DNA of 41,726 nt from an uncultured Bacilli bacterium (GTDB lineage: Bacteria > Bacillota_I > Bacilli_A > RF39 > UBA660), in assembly GCA_947632625.1 (NCBI GenBank), contig CANRPZ010000001.1:1-41726 (forward strand), written 5' to 3'. The notes under the pieces were generated by a model. That model was not told the DNA's origin, did not search any database, and saw nothing but the letters and a program-made list of their open reading frames with translations. Position numbers and translations under genes: made by a program. Numbering within the stretch: the first letter of the stretch is position 1; each line of letters starts with the position of its first letter. Of this stretch, positions 1 through 9,689 are shown piece by piece.

Positions 1-263
1 GCTTGAGTTGCAATTGCGGCATGATCCATTCCAGGAAGCCATAAGCAATCATACCCTTGCATTCTTTTATAGCGAATTAAAATATCTTGTAGCGTTGTAT
101 CCCAAGCATGTCCTAAATGAAGCTTTCCCGTAACATTTGGAGGAGGTATTACAATCGTATAAGGGATTTTACTCTTATCTCCACTATTAAAGTAACCCAT
201 TTTTTTCCAATAGTCATACTTATTTTCTTCTACTGTTTTATGATCATATTTTTTATCTAACAT
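1..263 (-). CDS. valS: Valyl-tRNA synthetase, N-terminal part (runs off the window)
   Basis: The reverse-strand translation from the ATG at 263..261 reads [88 protein letters not shown]. It has the class I HIGH motif (HLGH) in the PPPNVTGxLHxGHA context typical of ValRS. A T-box leader with a candidate Val specifier lies upstream. Confidence 0.85.
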   Translation of the reverse strand, partial: MLDKKYDHKTVEENKYDYWKKMGYFNSGDKSKIPYTIVIPPPNVTGKLHLGHAWDTTLQDILIRYKRMQGYDCLWLPGMDHAAIATQ

Positions 264-1012
264 ACTGTACTCGTCCTTTCTTCTAAAAATGTACGTAGCT
301 CACTTTTAATCTTTTCAAATTCAGTTTCAAAATTACGATCGACCACCACTACACTTAAATACAATTCTAAATTATCAGAATTTTCTAATAATCGAAATGA
401 TTCTTCAAACTGAATATCATAAACATAAGCTAGTTGCATAATTAATAAATCCACTTGATTTTGAACATCCTTGCCATTAACTAATTCATGATGATAAAAT
501 GCTTTTTTTACATTTGGAGTAATTTCTTTATCAAATTTCCATTCATACGCAGCAGCTTCTTGTCTAAAAATATCAATTTTATCCACATCACGAATGAATT
601 TCGCATAAAATAATTCTTCATCGGTTAAACCACTTTCAATTTCTAATTTATTATGATTGAAAATAGCTTTTTCTAACAATATATGATAAGCTTTAGGAAT
701 TTTAAAATCCTCAATATGTTTTTCATGGAATAAATATTCTACCCCAAAACGAGCATGATCAATTTGCGACTTATAATCATCAAAAGACTTGGTTTTTTCA
801 TATTGATAAAAACGTCCAATATCATGTAGTAATCCTAAAATTTTACAAAATACTATTTTTTCTTTATCCAAATCCATGCTTTTAGCTAACTTACCTGCTA
901 AATCTGCCACATGAATACTATGGGATATTTTCATAGCAATCCCTGCTTCTTTCGTATCAAAAGTATTTACATATTCCATAAATTTTTTTAAAACGAATTC
1001 ATAATCTAACAT
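257..1012 (-). CDS. HD-domain phosphohydrolase family protein
   Basis: The motif [10 protein letters not shown] and downstream His/Asp residues fit the HD superfamily. I moved the start to the internal Met (MLDYEF..) because AGGAGG lies 7 nt upstream of it. The longer ORF would read through the T-box terminator. The stop overlaps the valS start by 7 nt. Confidence 0.7.
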   Translation of the reverse strand: MLDYEFVLKKFMEYVNTFDTKEAGIAMKISHSIHVADLAGKLAKSMDLDKEKIVFCKILGLLHDIGRFYQYEKTKSFDDYKSQIDHARFGVEYLFHEKHIEDFKIPKAYHILLEKAIFNHNKLEIESGLTDEELFYAKFIRDVDKIDIFRQEAAAYEWKFDKEITPNVKKAFYHHELVNGKDVQNQVDLLIMQLAYVYDIQFEESFRLLENSDNLELYLSVVVVDRNFETEFEKIKSELRTFLEERTSTVC

Positions 1013-1240
1013 AAAAAAATCTCCTCCTAAATTTAAGGACGAGATTTCCCGCGGTACCACCTTATTTTATACAAATTGTATACCCTTCATTTTCTTCTAA
1101 CGTTAAGATAACGAAAATTCCTAAAGTTATTTTCAGAATTTCAGCTCCACTGCTACCTTCCATAACTTTATTTGTTTAGTTCCACCAATCCTAAACTCTC
1201 TATAAAATAAATTTTATGTACTCTTCAGTTTCCTCGCTTT
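1013..1240 (-). promoter_or_regulatory. T-box riboswitch leader with candidate Val (GUU) specifier
   Basis: The minus strand shows the Stem I elements AGCGAGGAAACTGAAGAGTA, GAGAG and TGGTGGAA. The specifier-loop candidate is AAAGTTA (GTT = + strand 1164..1166). The conserved T-box sequence AAGGTGGTACCGCGGG lies at about 1047..1063. A terminator follows (AAATCTC..GAGATTT plus T7) and overlaps the RBS. Confidence 0.75.
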
Positions 1241-1246
1241 TTCCTT

Positions 1247-1275
1247 ATTCTACAATTATTTTTAAACAATTGCAA
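1247..1275 (-). promoter_or_regulatory. Candidate sigma-A promoter for the T-box leader
   Basis: Minus strand: TTGCAA (1275..1270), a 17-nt spacer, then TAGAAT (1252..1247), immediately upstream of the leader. Confidence 0.5.
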
Positions 1276-2206
1276 TACTTTCTAATAATTCTTCATTTTC
1301 ATAAATAGTAAGCATTCCATCCTGAATGGTATACGATAAGCTAGTAGGATCTGTAACGGTATAATGCTTACTTATTTCTTGATTTGTTACAGGATCGAAT
1401 AAATAAAAATCGTTCGTATCTTCTAAAATAGCTACATATTTTGAAACTAAATCTAAATAACGATAATCTTTGGATAATTGATTTATATTTCTATAATTTA
1501 AAAGACGCATTCTTGCTCCATCGGAAACAATTACATAGTTCTCATTATAGTTTGTAATACTGTTTTGGAATTCATCACTAATTCGATTGTTTTCTTGATT
1601 AATAATAAACCACTTATCATCCTTTAATGCCACTATTGACTCTGCTTTTACTTGGTCTGTCTCATTTTTTTGATTTGCAAGTCCAATGTAATCATATTGA
1701 AATGGAATTTTTAATGTAATTTCCTCTTTAATTTCTACAGCTCCCCATAAATCTTCTTCATTTTTTACAAAATACAAATCATTTTCAATGCCACCATAAT
1801 TTTTAACCTCTTTATAACGACTCAAAACTTGCTCATTTTGAATATCATATAAAAGAATATCGGCATTTAAAAGTTCTGTCATAGCAGCATCCATTAAAAA
1901 GGTATAACGATTGTAAAGGATAGAATATTTTTCTTTTCCTGTACTTTCAGGTTCTTGTAAATCATAAGGATTGTTATATCTTATAAAGGCATAATCACAA
2001 TAATCGGTATTTTGACAAGTATAAGTTCCAAGTAAAGTATCTTGATTATAAAAAGATATTTTACCATCTTCTACTACATCTTCATAATTTTCTAATACCG
2101 TATTTTGCCCTGTTTTAAAATGCATAATGGTTGCAAAAATAGTAAGGGGAAGAAATAGAATTAATAATATAAGAATAACCACAAAAGATATCTTTCTGGT
2201 TTGCAT
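1262..2206 (-). CDS. Membrane-anchored extracytoplasmic protein of unknown function, one copy of a Cys-motif/WG-like module
   Basis: A single N-terminal TM segment (FVVILILLILFLPLTIFATIM) is followed by LLGTYTCQNTDYCDYAF, ILLYDIQN and DLWGAVEI. These motifs recur twice in the neighbouring 722-aa protein. Confidence 0.6.
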   Translation of the reverse strand: MQTRKISFVVILILLILFLPLTIFATIMHFKTGQNTVLENYEDVVEDGKISFYNQDTLLGTYTCQNTDYCDYAFIRYNNPYDLQEPESTGKEKYSILYNRYTFLMDAAMTELLNADILLYDIQNEQVLSRYKEVKNYGGIENDLYFVKNEEDLWGAVEIKEEITLKIPFQYDYIGLANQKNETDQVKAESIVALKDDKWFIINQENNRISDEFQNSITNYNENYVIVSDGARMRLLNYRNINQLSKDYRYLDLVSKYVAILEDTNDFYLFDPVTNQEISKHYTVTDPTSLSYTIQDGMLTIYENEELLESIAIV

Positions 2207-2220
2207 AGAATAAATCCTCC

Positions 2221-4389
2221 TTAACTTTCTTCTACAGGTAACGCTATTCTTTGATCGGCAGGCGTATATGTTTTATCGCTAGTACCAACCAAAATTTCAT
2301 CTCCAGTAATTTTAAAAGCTAACGTTCCATTTCCATAATAATTTGTTAAATAAAGTTGAATAAGAGCTCCCCCACTTAAAATATTTTGTTCAGGTTTTGC
2401 ATAAGTAAATATACCCAATTCATTGTTATTATTAACACCTGCAAAATAATTATCATATAGTTCAACATATTTGAAACCTTTTTCACTTATAGCATTATTA
2501 TGAGAATTATAAATATAATACTCACCATTACGAATAACTTTTACATAAGTTTCTGATTCAGTTTTAATATAATTTCTTATTTTATAAGAAATATTACTAA
2601 CAAGATTTGTACCATCTTTTCTAGAAATTAGGGCATATCCCATTGCATCTTTTGCAACATAATACTCGTTTAATTTTTCCATTTCACTATAATTAAATGC
2701 AATATGTCCTGTTACATCTGTTAAATTTACTTTAATAACACCAAAATTACCACTTTGATTTTGGGCAACAACTTGTAAGTCCGTTATAGTTGAAAAAGTT
2801 ATATCCTCTGTTCCTGTATAAGAATAAGTATTGACAGATCTATACTTACCTAAACTAGAGTTTTTCTTTAAATCGTATAAAACAACGGTTGTGCTATTTT
2901 CATTGACTAACTCTGGATCATCACTAATAAAGGCAAAACGTTCATTAAATATAGGAATTGTACCTGTTTTTCCAGGATTTTCATAATCATTATCTTCATA
3001 ATTAGTATCATTTGCTAAAGTACAATTTTTTAAATAAGTTGTTTTACTATCGACATTATTTTTATTAGCACAAGTATAACTACCAAGCAATGTCTCTTTT
3101 GCTGTATCACTATAAAAGTATAACTTGCCATTAAAATAACTCATATTACGTAACTTTTTATTAAGCTCTCCTTCAGCTTTATTGACTATTTCAAAGTTAT
3201 TATCCACTCCATTATAAAGTGTAATCGTTAATAGATCGTTATTTTCTTCTATACTAAAACTTTCTCTAACCTCTTTTAAAACATTATTCGCATCATAAAC
3301 ACTTGTTTTAACATAGTTTCGATTATTTAAGTTATAAGCTTCTTCATTTAACTTGCTACCATCATAAAACTTTAAATACATTTTAGTATCATCAATTAAT
3401 ACAGCAAAGTCATCATAAAGTTTAACAAAATCATAAGTATCATCAAATACTTTTTGATTGCTATAGTTATATACCACATATTTACCCGCATCATTTAAAG
3501 CCGTAATATACGTTGCATTAAAACTTTTAATACTATCGTTTATTGCTTTACTTATATTTTTACCACTTTCATTAATAAGAATATTTTGTTCATTTTGTAA
3601 AGCCACATAGTAATTTTTATCATTTGGTATAAAGCCCAAATTATTATAAACAAAATCAACTTTTGTTAAAATAGCATCGCTTGTTATTTCAATAACTCCA
3701 TACAAACCACTTTCATTTTTAACAATCATTTTATTTGTATCTACTTTTTTTACTAGTTGATAACTATTTTCTAATTTTTGATTTTTAAAATCATACAATT
3801 TTATGCTAGTATCTTCTACTCTTGGATTATCATTAATAAATACATATTGATCTAACATAATAGAACTACGAGTTTTTATTTTTTCACCATTTTCGTATTC
3901 TTTTTGTTCAACATCAAATTGATCTTCTGTATCATAATAAGAAACAAAACATAAATTTTCATTTTGATTCTCACATGTATATCGACCAATTTCTTCTTTA
4001 TTATTATTTAAAAGAATTAAAACACCATTTTCATAACGATAATTTTCTTCTTGAACAATAACCTCTGGTGGTGCTACAATTTCTTCTTTTTTATTTAAGT
4101 TTTTAACCAAAAAGATAATTCCAACAGTAATAAGGATTAATAGAAAAACAAAACCTATTATTATTAAAATATGTTGTTTTTTATTTAATCTCTTCCACCA
4201 ATTTTTTATTTTTTCACTTAATTTTACTTTTTTAGGTGTTGTAAAAAATTGGTTTGCTTCATCATTATCTAAAATTTCTTTAGCAACATCCTTTTCATGC
4301 TCTTGAATTTCAACAATTTGATTATTTAAATCTTGGAAACTATCTAATTCTTTTGTTTTTTCGAATTCGTTATTTTCTTCGTTTTGCAT
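2221..4389 (-). CDS. Membrane-anchored extracytoplasmic protein of unknown function, two copies of the same module
   Basis: It has an acidic cytoplasmic N-terminus and one TM segment (ILIIIGFVFLLILITVGIIFLV). Two modules follow: IGRYTCENQNENLCFVSYY / IKLYDFKN / GLYGVIEI and LLGSYTCANKNN..CTLA / VVLYDLKK / GNFGVIKV. Confidence 0.6.
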   Translation of the reverse strand: MQNEENNEFEKTKELDSFQDLNNQIVEIQEHEKDVAKEILDNDEANQFFTTPKKVKLSEKIKNWWKRLNKKQHILIIIGFVFLLILITVGIIFLVKNLNKKEEIVAPPEVIVQEENYRYENGVLILLNNNKEEIGRYTCENQNENLCFVSYYDTEDQFDVEQKEYENGEKIKTRSSIMLDQYVFINDNPRVEDTSIKLYDFKNQKLENSYQLVKKVDTNKMIVKNESGLYGVIEITSDAILTKVDFVYNNLGFIPNDKNYYVALQNEQNILINESGKNISKAINDSIKSFNATYITALNDAGKYVVYNYSNQKVFDDTYDFVKLYDDFAVLIDDTKMYLKFYDGSKLNEEAYNLNNRNYVKTSVYDANNVLKEVRESFSIEENNDLLTITLYNGVDNNFEIVNKAEGELNKKLRNMSYFNGKLYFYSDTAKETLLGSYTCANKNNVDSKTTYLKNCTLANDTNYEDNDYENPGKTGTIPIFNERFAFISDDPELVNENSTTVVLYDLKKNSSLGKYRSVNTYSYTGTEDITFSTITDLQVVAQNQSGNFGVIKVNLTDVTGHIAFNYSEMEKLNEYYVAKDAMGYALISRKDGTNLVSNISYKIRNYIKTESETYVKVIRNGEYYIYNSHNNAISEKGFKYVELYDNYFAGVNNNNELGIFTYAKPEQNILSGGALIQLYLTNYYGNGTLAFKITGDEILVGTSDKTYTPADQRIALPVEES

Positions 4390-4484
4390 TCTCCCACTCC
4401 TTTATTCTATTTATGATTATATCATATGTTTTAAAATTGATATAGGGGTAAAATTTGCAATAATTTAAAAAGCAAGGGTATTTA

Positions 4485-5588
4485 TTATAATGGTAATTTC
4501 ACCTCAAAAGAAATAGAATTATTATCCAATTTTGCTGAAATAGTTCCTTTATGTAACTCTATTATTTCTTTAGCAATAGCTAAACCTATTCCACTACCTC
4601 CAGTTTTAGAAGCTCTAGAATTATCAAGACGATAAAATTTTTCAAACATTTTTTGTAAATCTTCATTCCCTATATTTTTAACTTTATTACAAATCGTAAT
4701 GAATGCCATATGTTTTTCTTTTTTTAAATTAATATTTATTTTAGAATCAGCACTATAATAAATAGCATTTTTAAGTAAGTTATTAAAAACTCTTGCTAAA
4801 CGATTCGAATCACCATCCAAAATTATATTATCTTGAAAATGAGTAACAACCTTTTTTTTATTTTCTTCTAAAATTGGATAGAAATCATCAATAATTTGTT
4901 CAAGCATTAAATTTAAATTTATTTTTTCTTTTTTTAATACAATCTTTTCAGCATTAAATCTTGTAATATCAAATAATTCGTTTATTAAGTCTTCTAATCT
5001 ATACGATTTTTCTAAAACAATTTTTAAATATTTTTCTCTTTGTTTTTTAGGCATATCTTTAATTTCATTTAATAAGGATAAATAACCTATTAAAGATGTT
5101 AAAGGTGTTTTTAAATCATGAGCTAAATAGACAATTAAATCATTTTTACGTTGTTCATTATCTCTAGCATTTAATTCTACTTTATCATAATCTAATTTTA
5201 AAATATTAAAAGTAGCTTGTAAATTTTCCAATTCATTTGGGAGTTCAATTGTTTTCGTCTCTTTATTGGTAATATTTAGGGCACTCTTTCCTATAATATC
5301 GGTATAATAATTAAATTGTTTTTTTAAAAAGAAAAATAAGATAAAACTAGTACCAATTAACCAAATTCCTATTACGATTCCATAAAAACTTAATGAATGT
5401 GACACATAGTAAAAAATTCCTCGTAAATAATAATAAATATTTGGTGAAAATTCAAATAACCACTGAAAATCCATATTACTAAACAAATTAATTAACGCAA
5501 GCAATAGAATAGCAATAAAAATTGTCCAAACAACGATTCTTATTAAAAAAGAAAATATTATTTCTTTAATTCTGTTTTTATTTTTCAA
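4485..5588 (-). CDS. Sensor histidine kinase (VanS/OmpR-partner type)
   Basis: Two N-terminal TM segments, the H-box AHDLKTPLTSLIGYLSLL, an N-box NLLKNAIYYS and a G-box GGSGIGLAIAKEI. Confidence 0.85.
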   Translation of the reverse strand: MKNKNRIKEIIFSFLIRIVVWTIFIAILLLALINLFSNMDFQWLFEFSPNIYYYLRGIFYYVSHSLSFYGIVIGIWLIGTSFILFFFLKKQFNYYTDIIGKSALNITNKETKTIELPNELENLQATFNILKLDYDKVELNARDNEQRKNDLIVYLAHDLKTPLTSLIGYLSLLNEIKDMPKKQREKYLKIVLEKSYRLEDLINELFDITRFNAEKIVLKKEKINLNLMLEQIIDDFYPILEENKKKVVTHFQDNIILDGDSNRLARVFNNLLKNAIYYSADSKININLKKEKHMAFITICNKVKNIGNEDLQKMFEKFYRLDNSRASKTGGSGIGLAIAKEIIELHKGTISAKLDNNSISFEVKLPL

Positions 5589-6264
5589 TTTTATACCCCA
5601 CTCCCCAAATTGTTAAAATATACTTGGGATTTTTTCCTGTATCTTTCATTTTTTCTCTTAAATGTCTTATATGAACCATTATAGTATTATTATCTAATTT
5701 ATAATATTTTTCATCCCAAGCATTTTTAAATAATTCATCCGTGGTAACCACATTACCTCGATTTAAGCATAAATACCATAAAATTTTAAACTCTATTGGA
5801 GTTAAATTAATTTTTTGATCATTATAAAAAAATTCGTGTGTTTTATTATTAATAACAATTCCTCTAAAATCAATAATATCAGTTTCTATATTGCTTTTAT
5901 TATAAGTTTTAAACCTCCGAAGCTGGGCCTTTACTCTAGCAACTAATTCAAGTGGCATGAAGGGTTTCGTTATATAATCATCTGCACCAATCGATAAACC
6001 ATTTATTTTATCGATACTTTCTACTTTCGCCGTTACAAATATAATGGGAAAAGTATATTTCTTACGAATTTTAGAACATAAAGATAAACCATCAATATCT
6101 GGCATCATTATATCAAGGATAGCCAAATCAATTTTTAAATTTTCTATATCTTTTAAAACATTTTTACTATTGTAATATTTATAAACATTGAAACCTTCAT
6201 TTTTTAAATAAATATCAATTAAATCTGCAATTTCTTTCTCATCATCGACAACTAAAATATTCAT
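5578..6264 (-). CDS. OmpR/PhoB-family response regulator
   Basis: It has a receiver domain (ILVVDDE, LAILDIMMPDIDG, TAK) and a winged-helix C-terminus (LTPIEFKILWYL, IWGVGYKI). It overlaps the kinase gene by 11 nt. Confidence 0.88.
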   Translation of the reverse strand: MNILVVDDEKEIADLIDIYLKNEGFNVYKYYNSKNVLKDIENLKIDLAILDIMMPDIDGLSLCSKIRKKYTFPIIFVTAKVESIDKINGLSIGADDYITKPFMPLELVARVKAQLRRFKTYNKSNIETDIIDFRGIVINNKTHEFFYNDQKINLTPIEFKILWYLCLNRGNVVTTDELFKNAWDEKYYKLDNNTIMVHIRHLREKMKDTGKNPKYILTIWGVGYKIEK

Positions 6265-6308
6265 AAGACCTCCAACATAATTATCGTATCATATTTTTAA
6301 TAGAATAG

Positions 6309-7178
6309 TTACTTATAAAATTCCCATAAATTTTTTATTTGACCTTCTAATCTTTCGTATGGCCATAAAACACTACTACGTTCCTTACTATTCGGATCAT
6401 TAACCTTTATATTTCCATTTTCTATAGCGACCAATACAATAAAATGACCACTAGTCGTAAAATCTCCTTTTTTCATACTACAAATAATTGGATGTCCTTT
6501 TTCTAAAGCATTAAAGATGACTTGCTTGGATAAAGAAATTTGTCGACTATTGATTCCAAAACTTTTAGCCCCTTCCGTCATCAAAGACCAACTTGTTCCG
6601 ACATCTTGAACATAATAGCCATTTTCCTCTGCATATTTAGCTATCTTGTATGGAGTTATACTATTATCTTTTGTTAATCCTGCAATTACCATTGCTAAAG
6701 AGGTTGGACCACAACCACTCATGGCTACATAATTTTCGCCATACTCTCCATAGCCCCATCTTTTATCCCATTGTAATAATAAGGGTATTTCATTACCTAT
6801 TTGGCCAATATCATTACTATAAGTATTTCCTTTTTCATTTAAAAAATTCATTACATAATCAACCATTTCAATATTTCTAGACAACATATCTAATAGTTGT
6901 TCTGGATAGTCATCATAATTTTCTATAATTTGATTTACTCGGCTATCCTCTTGTTCTATTTTTTTTAATCGTTCCTCTATCGTTAAGTTATCATCGCTAT
7001 GATTCATAACGACACTATCAATAGTATTAGATTTTTTTAAACTATTATTAATCGTAGTTTTATTTTCAGTATTCGTAAAATCCTTTATATAGGGTAATGT
7101 AATTCTATAAACATAAAAAGCAATTAATATTAGAAATAAAATTTTAAATTTTAGTTTAAGTTTTCTTCTTTTTTTCAC
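6309..7178 (-). CDS. Membrane-anchored peptidase C39-like (papain-fold) domain protein
   Basis: An N-terminal TM segment is followed by SGCGPTSLAMVIAG (candidate nucleophile Cys) and SGHFIVLV (candidate His), as in C39_2/YvpB-like proteins. Confidence 0.6.
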   Translation of the reverse strand: MKKRRKLKLKFKILFLILIAFYVYRITLPYIKDFTNTENKTTINNSLKKSNTIDSVVMNHSDDNLTIEERLKKIEQEDSRVNQIIENYDDYPEQLLDMLSRNIEMVDYVMNFLNEKGNTYSNDIGQIGNEIPLLLQWDKRWGYGEYGENYVAMSGCGPTSLAMVIAGLTKDNSITPYKIAKYAEENGYYVQDVGTSWSLMTEGAKSFGINSRQISLSKQVIFNALEKGHPIICSMKKGDFTTSGHFIVLVAIENGNIKVNDPNSKERSSVLWPYERLEGQIKNLWEFYK

Positions 7179-7500
7179 TTTCTTTATCTCCTAACAAAGA
7201 AAATGATACAATAAACAAAAATAAAAATCTTTAATTTAATATTATTTATTTCTTAATTTTTTCTTAATTTATTTTAAATATCAATCTAAAATATTTTACC
7301 TCGTAATTATTCGATAAAATCAAATTTTTTGAAATTTTTAGTTGTACTGTCAAACAATGTTTTCTTATTTTTATTATAACTTAACATACCATAATTATTA
7401 GGAACCACCATATATTGATTTGTTTCCGTATCATAATTACTATATTTTGAAAAGCAAATGATGCTTGAACATCCCAATCAAAACAAAAAAATACAAATCT

Positions 7501-8103
7501 TTACTTTATTTCATCAACAATATAAAAAACATCATCAATTTTTAAATCCTTTTCTTCATTAATAACACCATATAAAAATACCTCAATTTTTCTTTTTTGA
7601 TATTTACGAACTAAACTTTCGGTTGCTAAATTATTTAAAAGACAAATAAAATCATAAGAATAATCTTCTTCACTATTAAGTACATAATTTAATATTCCAA
7701 GCTTCTTTTTTAAACCTTTCTTTTTTAAATTTTCAATAACTTTATTATGAAAGCTCATAACATAAATATTTTTTTTAGAAGCATTTAAAATTTTAATTAA
7801 TGCATCATATGGAAGATTACTATCTTTTATCTCAACAAGCATAATTTTATTTGTCGGAAGCGATAAAACCTCATTTAATAATGGTAAATGATATTTATTT
7901 TTTAAATATTTATAGTTTTTACTTTTAATTAAATCTGCTCCGATAAAAGCATTATGATGGACAACAAAATGATTATCTTTAGTTACGCGAACATCAAATT
8001 CAAAACCATCCACATGCTCATTTTGAATGGCATTAGAAAAAGCTTCTAACGTATTTTCTTTTATTGTTTTATTTTTAAGTCCTCTATGGGCAATAAATTT
8101 CAA
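7501..8103 (-). CDS. Glycerophosphodiester phosphodiesterase family protein
   Basis: MKFIAHRGL..ENTLEAF..GFEFDVRVTKD..VVHHN matches the GDPD HR..E.D signature. Confidence 0.75.
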   Translation of the reverse strand: MKFIAHRGLKNKTIKENTLEAFSNAIQNEHVDGFEFDVRVTKDNHFVVHHNAFIGADLIKSKNYKYLKNKYHLPLLNEVLSLPTNKIMLVEIKDSNLPYDALIKILNASKKNIYVMSFHNKVIENLKKKGLKKKLGILNYVLNSEEDYSYDFICLLNNLATESLVRKYQKRKIEVFLYGVINEEKDLKIDDVFYIVDEIK

Positions 8104-8135
8104 AAAAAATCACCTAATAGACTTTATTAAATGAT

Positions 8136-8591
8136 TTATTTTTTATGCCAAAAGATTACTTTATAAGATAAAAATAAAAGAATAAAGCAAATTGCCGGAA
8201 TAATATAAATTTTATATTGATACATAAAGTTTAATTTTTCTTCTGGTTTTTCTTCTAAAAAGACCTCCTTTATTTCCTCTTCCTCTTTTAAAATTTGAAA
8301 AGTATAATTTACGGTATCAGAGGCATTTTTGATTGTTAAAGTAACAATTGAATTATTTTGTAAATTAATATTATCTTGAATCGTTACCGAAACATCATTT
8401 TCTACCTCATATAAAAAGTCAACTTTTTCAATATCTTTTTCTAAAAGGATGGTATAAGAGGTATTTAAAGGATCAAAAGGGATGGATAATTCCCCATTTT
8501 TTATAGAAAGAGAGTTTAGTTTTAAATCTTCAGCCTTGACTTGTATAGGAATTAAGAAAACTAAAAAAAGAAAAAAAAGCCAGTTTTTCAT
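8136..8591 (-). CDS. Small secreted, C-terminally anchored protein with a cadherin-like beta-sandwich-type domain
   Basis: It has a signal peptide (FLFLVFLIPIQVKA), the motif LSIKNGELSIPFDPLNTSYTILL and a C-terminal TM segment. The family call is tentative. Confidence 0.45.
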   Translation of the reverse strand: MKNWLFFLFLVFLIPIQVKAEDLKLNSLSIKNGELSIPFDPLNTSYTILLEKDIEKVDFLYEVENDVSVTIQDNINLQNNSIVTLTIKNASDTVNYTFQILKEEEEIKEVFLEEKPEEKLNFMYQYKIYIIPAICFILLFLSYKVIFWHKK

Positions 8592-8600
8592 ACATCACCT

Positions 8601-9689
8601 CTATATCATTTTTAATAAAATTTCATTCATAATATATAGTTTGTCCGGATTTATGAAAATATTGCCTTTTTTTAAAATTAAATCTTTATTTTTTAAAAGT
8701 GGTTTTATAGGATACGTCTCTTCTAATTTTACCTGGTATTTTTCTTCAAACTCTTTTACATTAAATCCATTTATTAAACGAAAACCAAGCATTAGATGCA
8801 TATCCATAATATCTTTTTTGGTTAATAATTCTTTTTCTCCCACCAAATTTCCTTTTAAATAATCGGTTAAGGATTTTGTATTGGTGTAACGTACGCGATC
8901 GTTATAGCCAGAGGCCGATACCCCAAAGCCATAATATTCTTGATTATGCCAATAAACCAAGTTATGCATCGATTCATATCCCTTTTTAGCAAAATTACTT
9001 ATTTCATAATGAATAAAACCATTCTTCTTTAAAAAGTTACAAATAAAGCGATAAAGTTTAGCATCCACATCATCATCTAAACGTTTGGCATTTTGAATTT
9101 TTAATAAAGTGTTTTCTTCAATCATTAAGCTATAGGTACTAATATGAGTTGGTTTTAAAGATAAAATTTGTTTTAATTCTTTTTTTATACTTTTTTTATT
9201 ATCCATTGAAAAACCATATATGAAATCAATATTAAGATTAGAAAAATATTTTTTACAAAGTGCTATTTTGTTTTTAGCTTCTTCATAAGTATGTATTCTT
9301 CCCATTTGTTGTAATTTTGCTGGATTAAAAGATTCTATTCCTATACTTAAACGATTTACACGATTCTTTTTTAAAAACTCTAGCAATTCTTCATTTAAAT
9401 CATTTAAGTTGCACTCAAAAGTAAATTCTTTTAACTTACTCGTTTTAAAATAATTTAAAAGTTCAAATAAACGATGCAAATAAGGCATGGATAAACAAGA
9501 AGGCGTTCCACCTCCAATATAAAGAGTTTCAATTTCTTCTCCATTATAAAAATCTTTTATTTCAGCTTCTAAACAATCTAAATAAGGTCCTATCCATTTT
9601 TCATAATAAAGAACTTTACAAAAATCACAATACGTACAAATACTTTTACAAAAAGGAATATGAATATAAACATTTTTATTCTCTTTCAT
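8601..9689 (-). CDS. hemW: Radical SAM heme chaperone HemW / coproporphyrinogen III oxidase-like protein
   Basis: The N-terminal motif YIHIPFCKSICTYCDFC carries CxxxCxxC. Length and position near lepA match Firmicutes. Confidence 0.85.
   Translation of the reverse strand: MKENKNVYIHIPFCKSICTYCDFCKVLYYEKWIGPYLDCLEAEIKDFYNGEEIETLYIGGGTPSCLSMPYLHRLFELLNYFKTSKLKEFTFECNLNDLNEELLEFLKKNRVNRLSIGIESFNPAKLQQMGRIHTYEEAKNKIALCKKYFSNLNIDFIYGFSMDNKKSIKKELKQILSLKPTHISTYSLMIEENTLLKIQNAKRLDDDVDAKLYRFICNFLKKNGFIHYEISNFAKKGYESMHNLVYWHNQEYYGFGVSASGYNDRVRYTNTKSLTDYLKGNLVGEKELLTKKDIMDMHLMLGFRLINGFNVKEFEEKYQVKLEETYPIKPLLKNKDLILKKGNIFINPDKLYIMNEILLKMI

Noticed and set aside
1013-1060. N-terminal extension of the HD-domain ORF (MVPREISSLNLGGDFF).
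   Set aside because: This stretch encodes the T-box conserved sequence and terminator. The AGGAGG RBS sits inside it, in front of the internal Met.
6650-6880. Plus-strand 76-aa ORF. The same class includes 8482..8862, 10591..10794, 11637..11843, 11907..12122, 14555..14803, 14974..15180, 19267..19473, 22039..22224, 22897..23127, 26484..26783, 26882..27097, 28449..28661, 28870..29115, 31367..31615, 33335..33538 and 37259..37444.
   Set aside because: All lie antisense inside long, well-supported minus-strand genes. They have low-complexity Leu/Phe/Ile/Ser-rich translations typical of AT-rich antisense frames. None has a convincing RBS.
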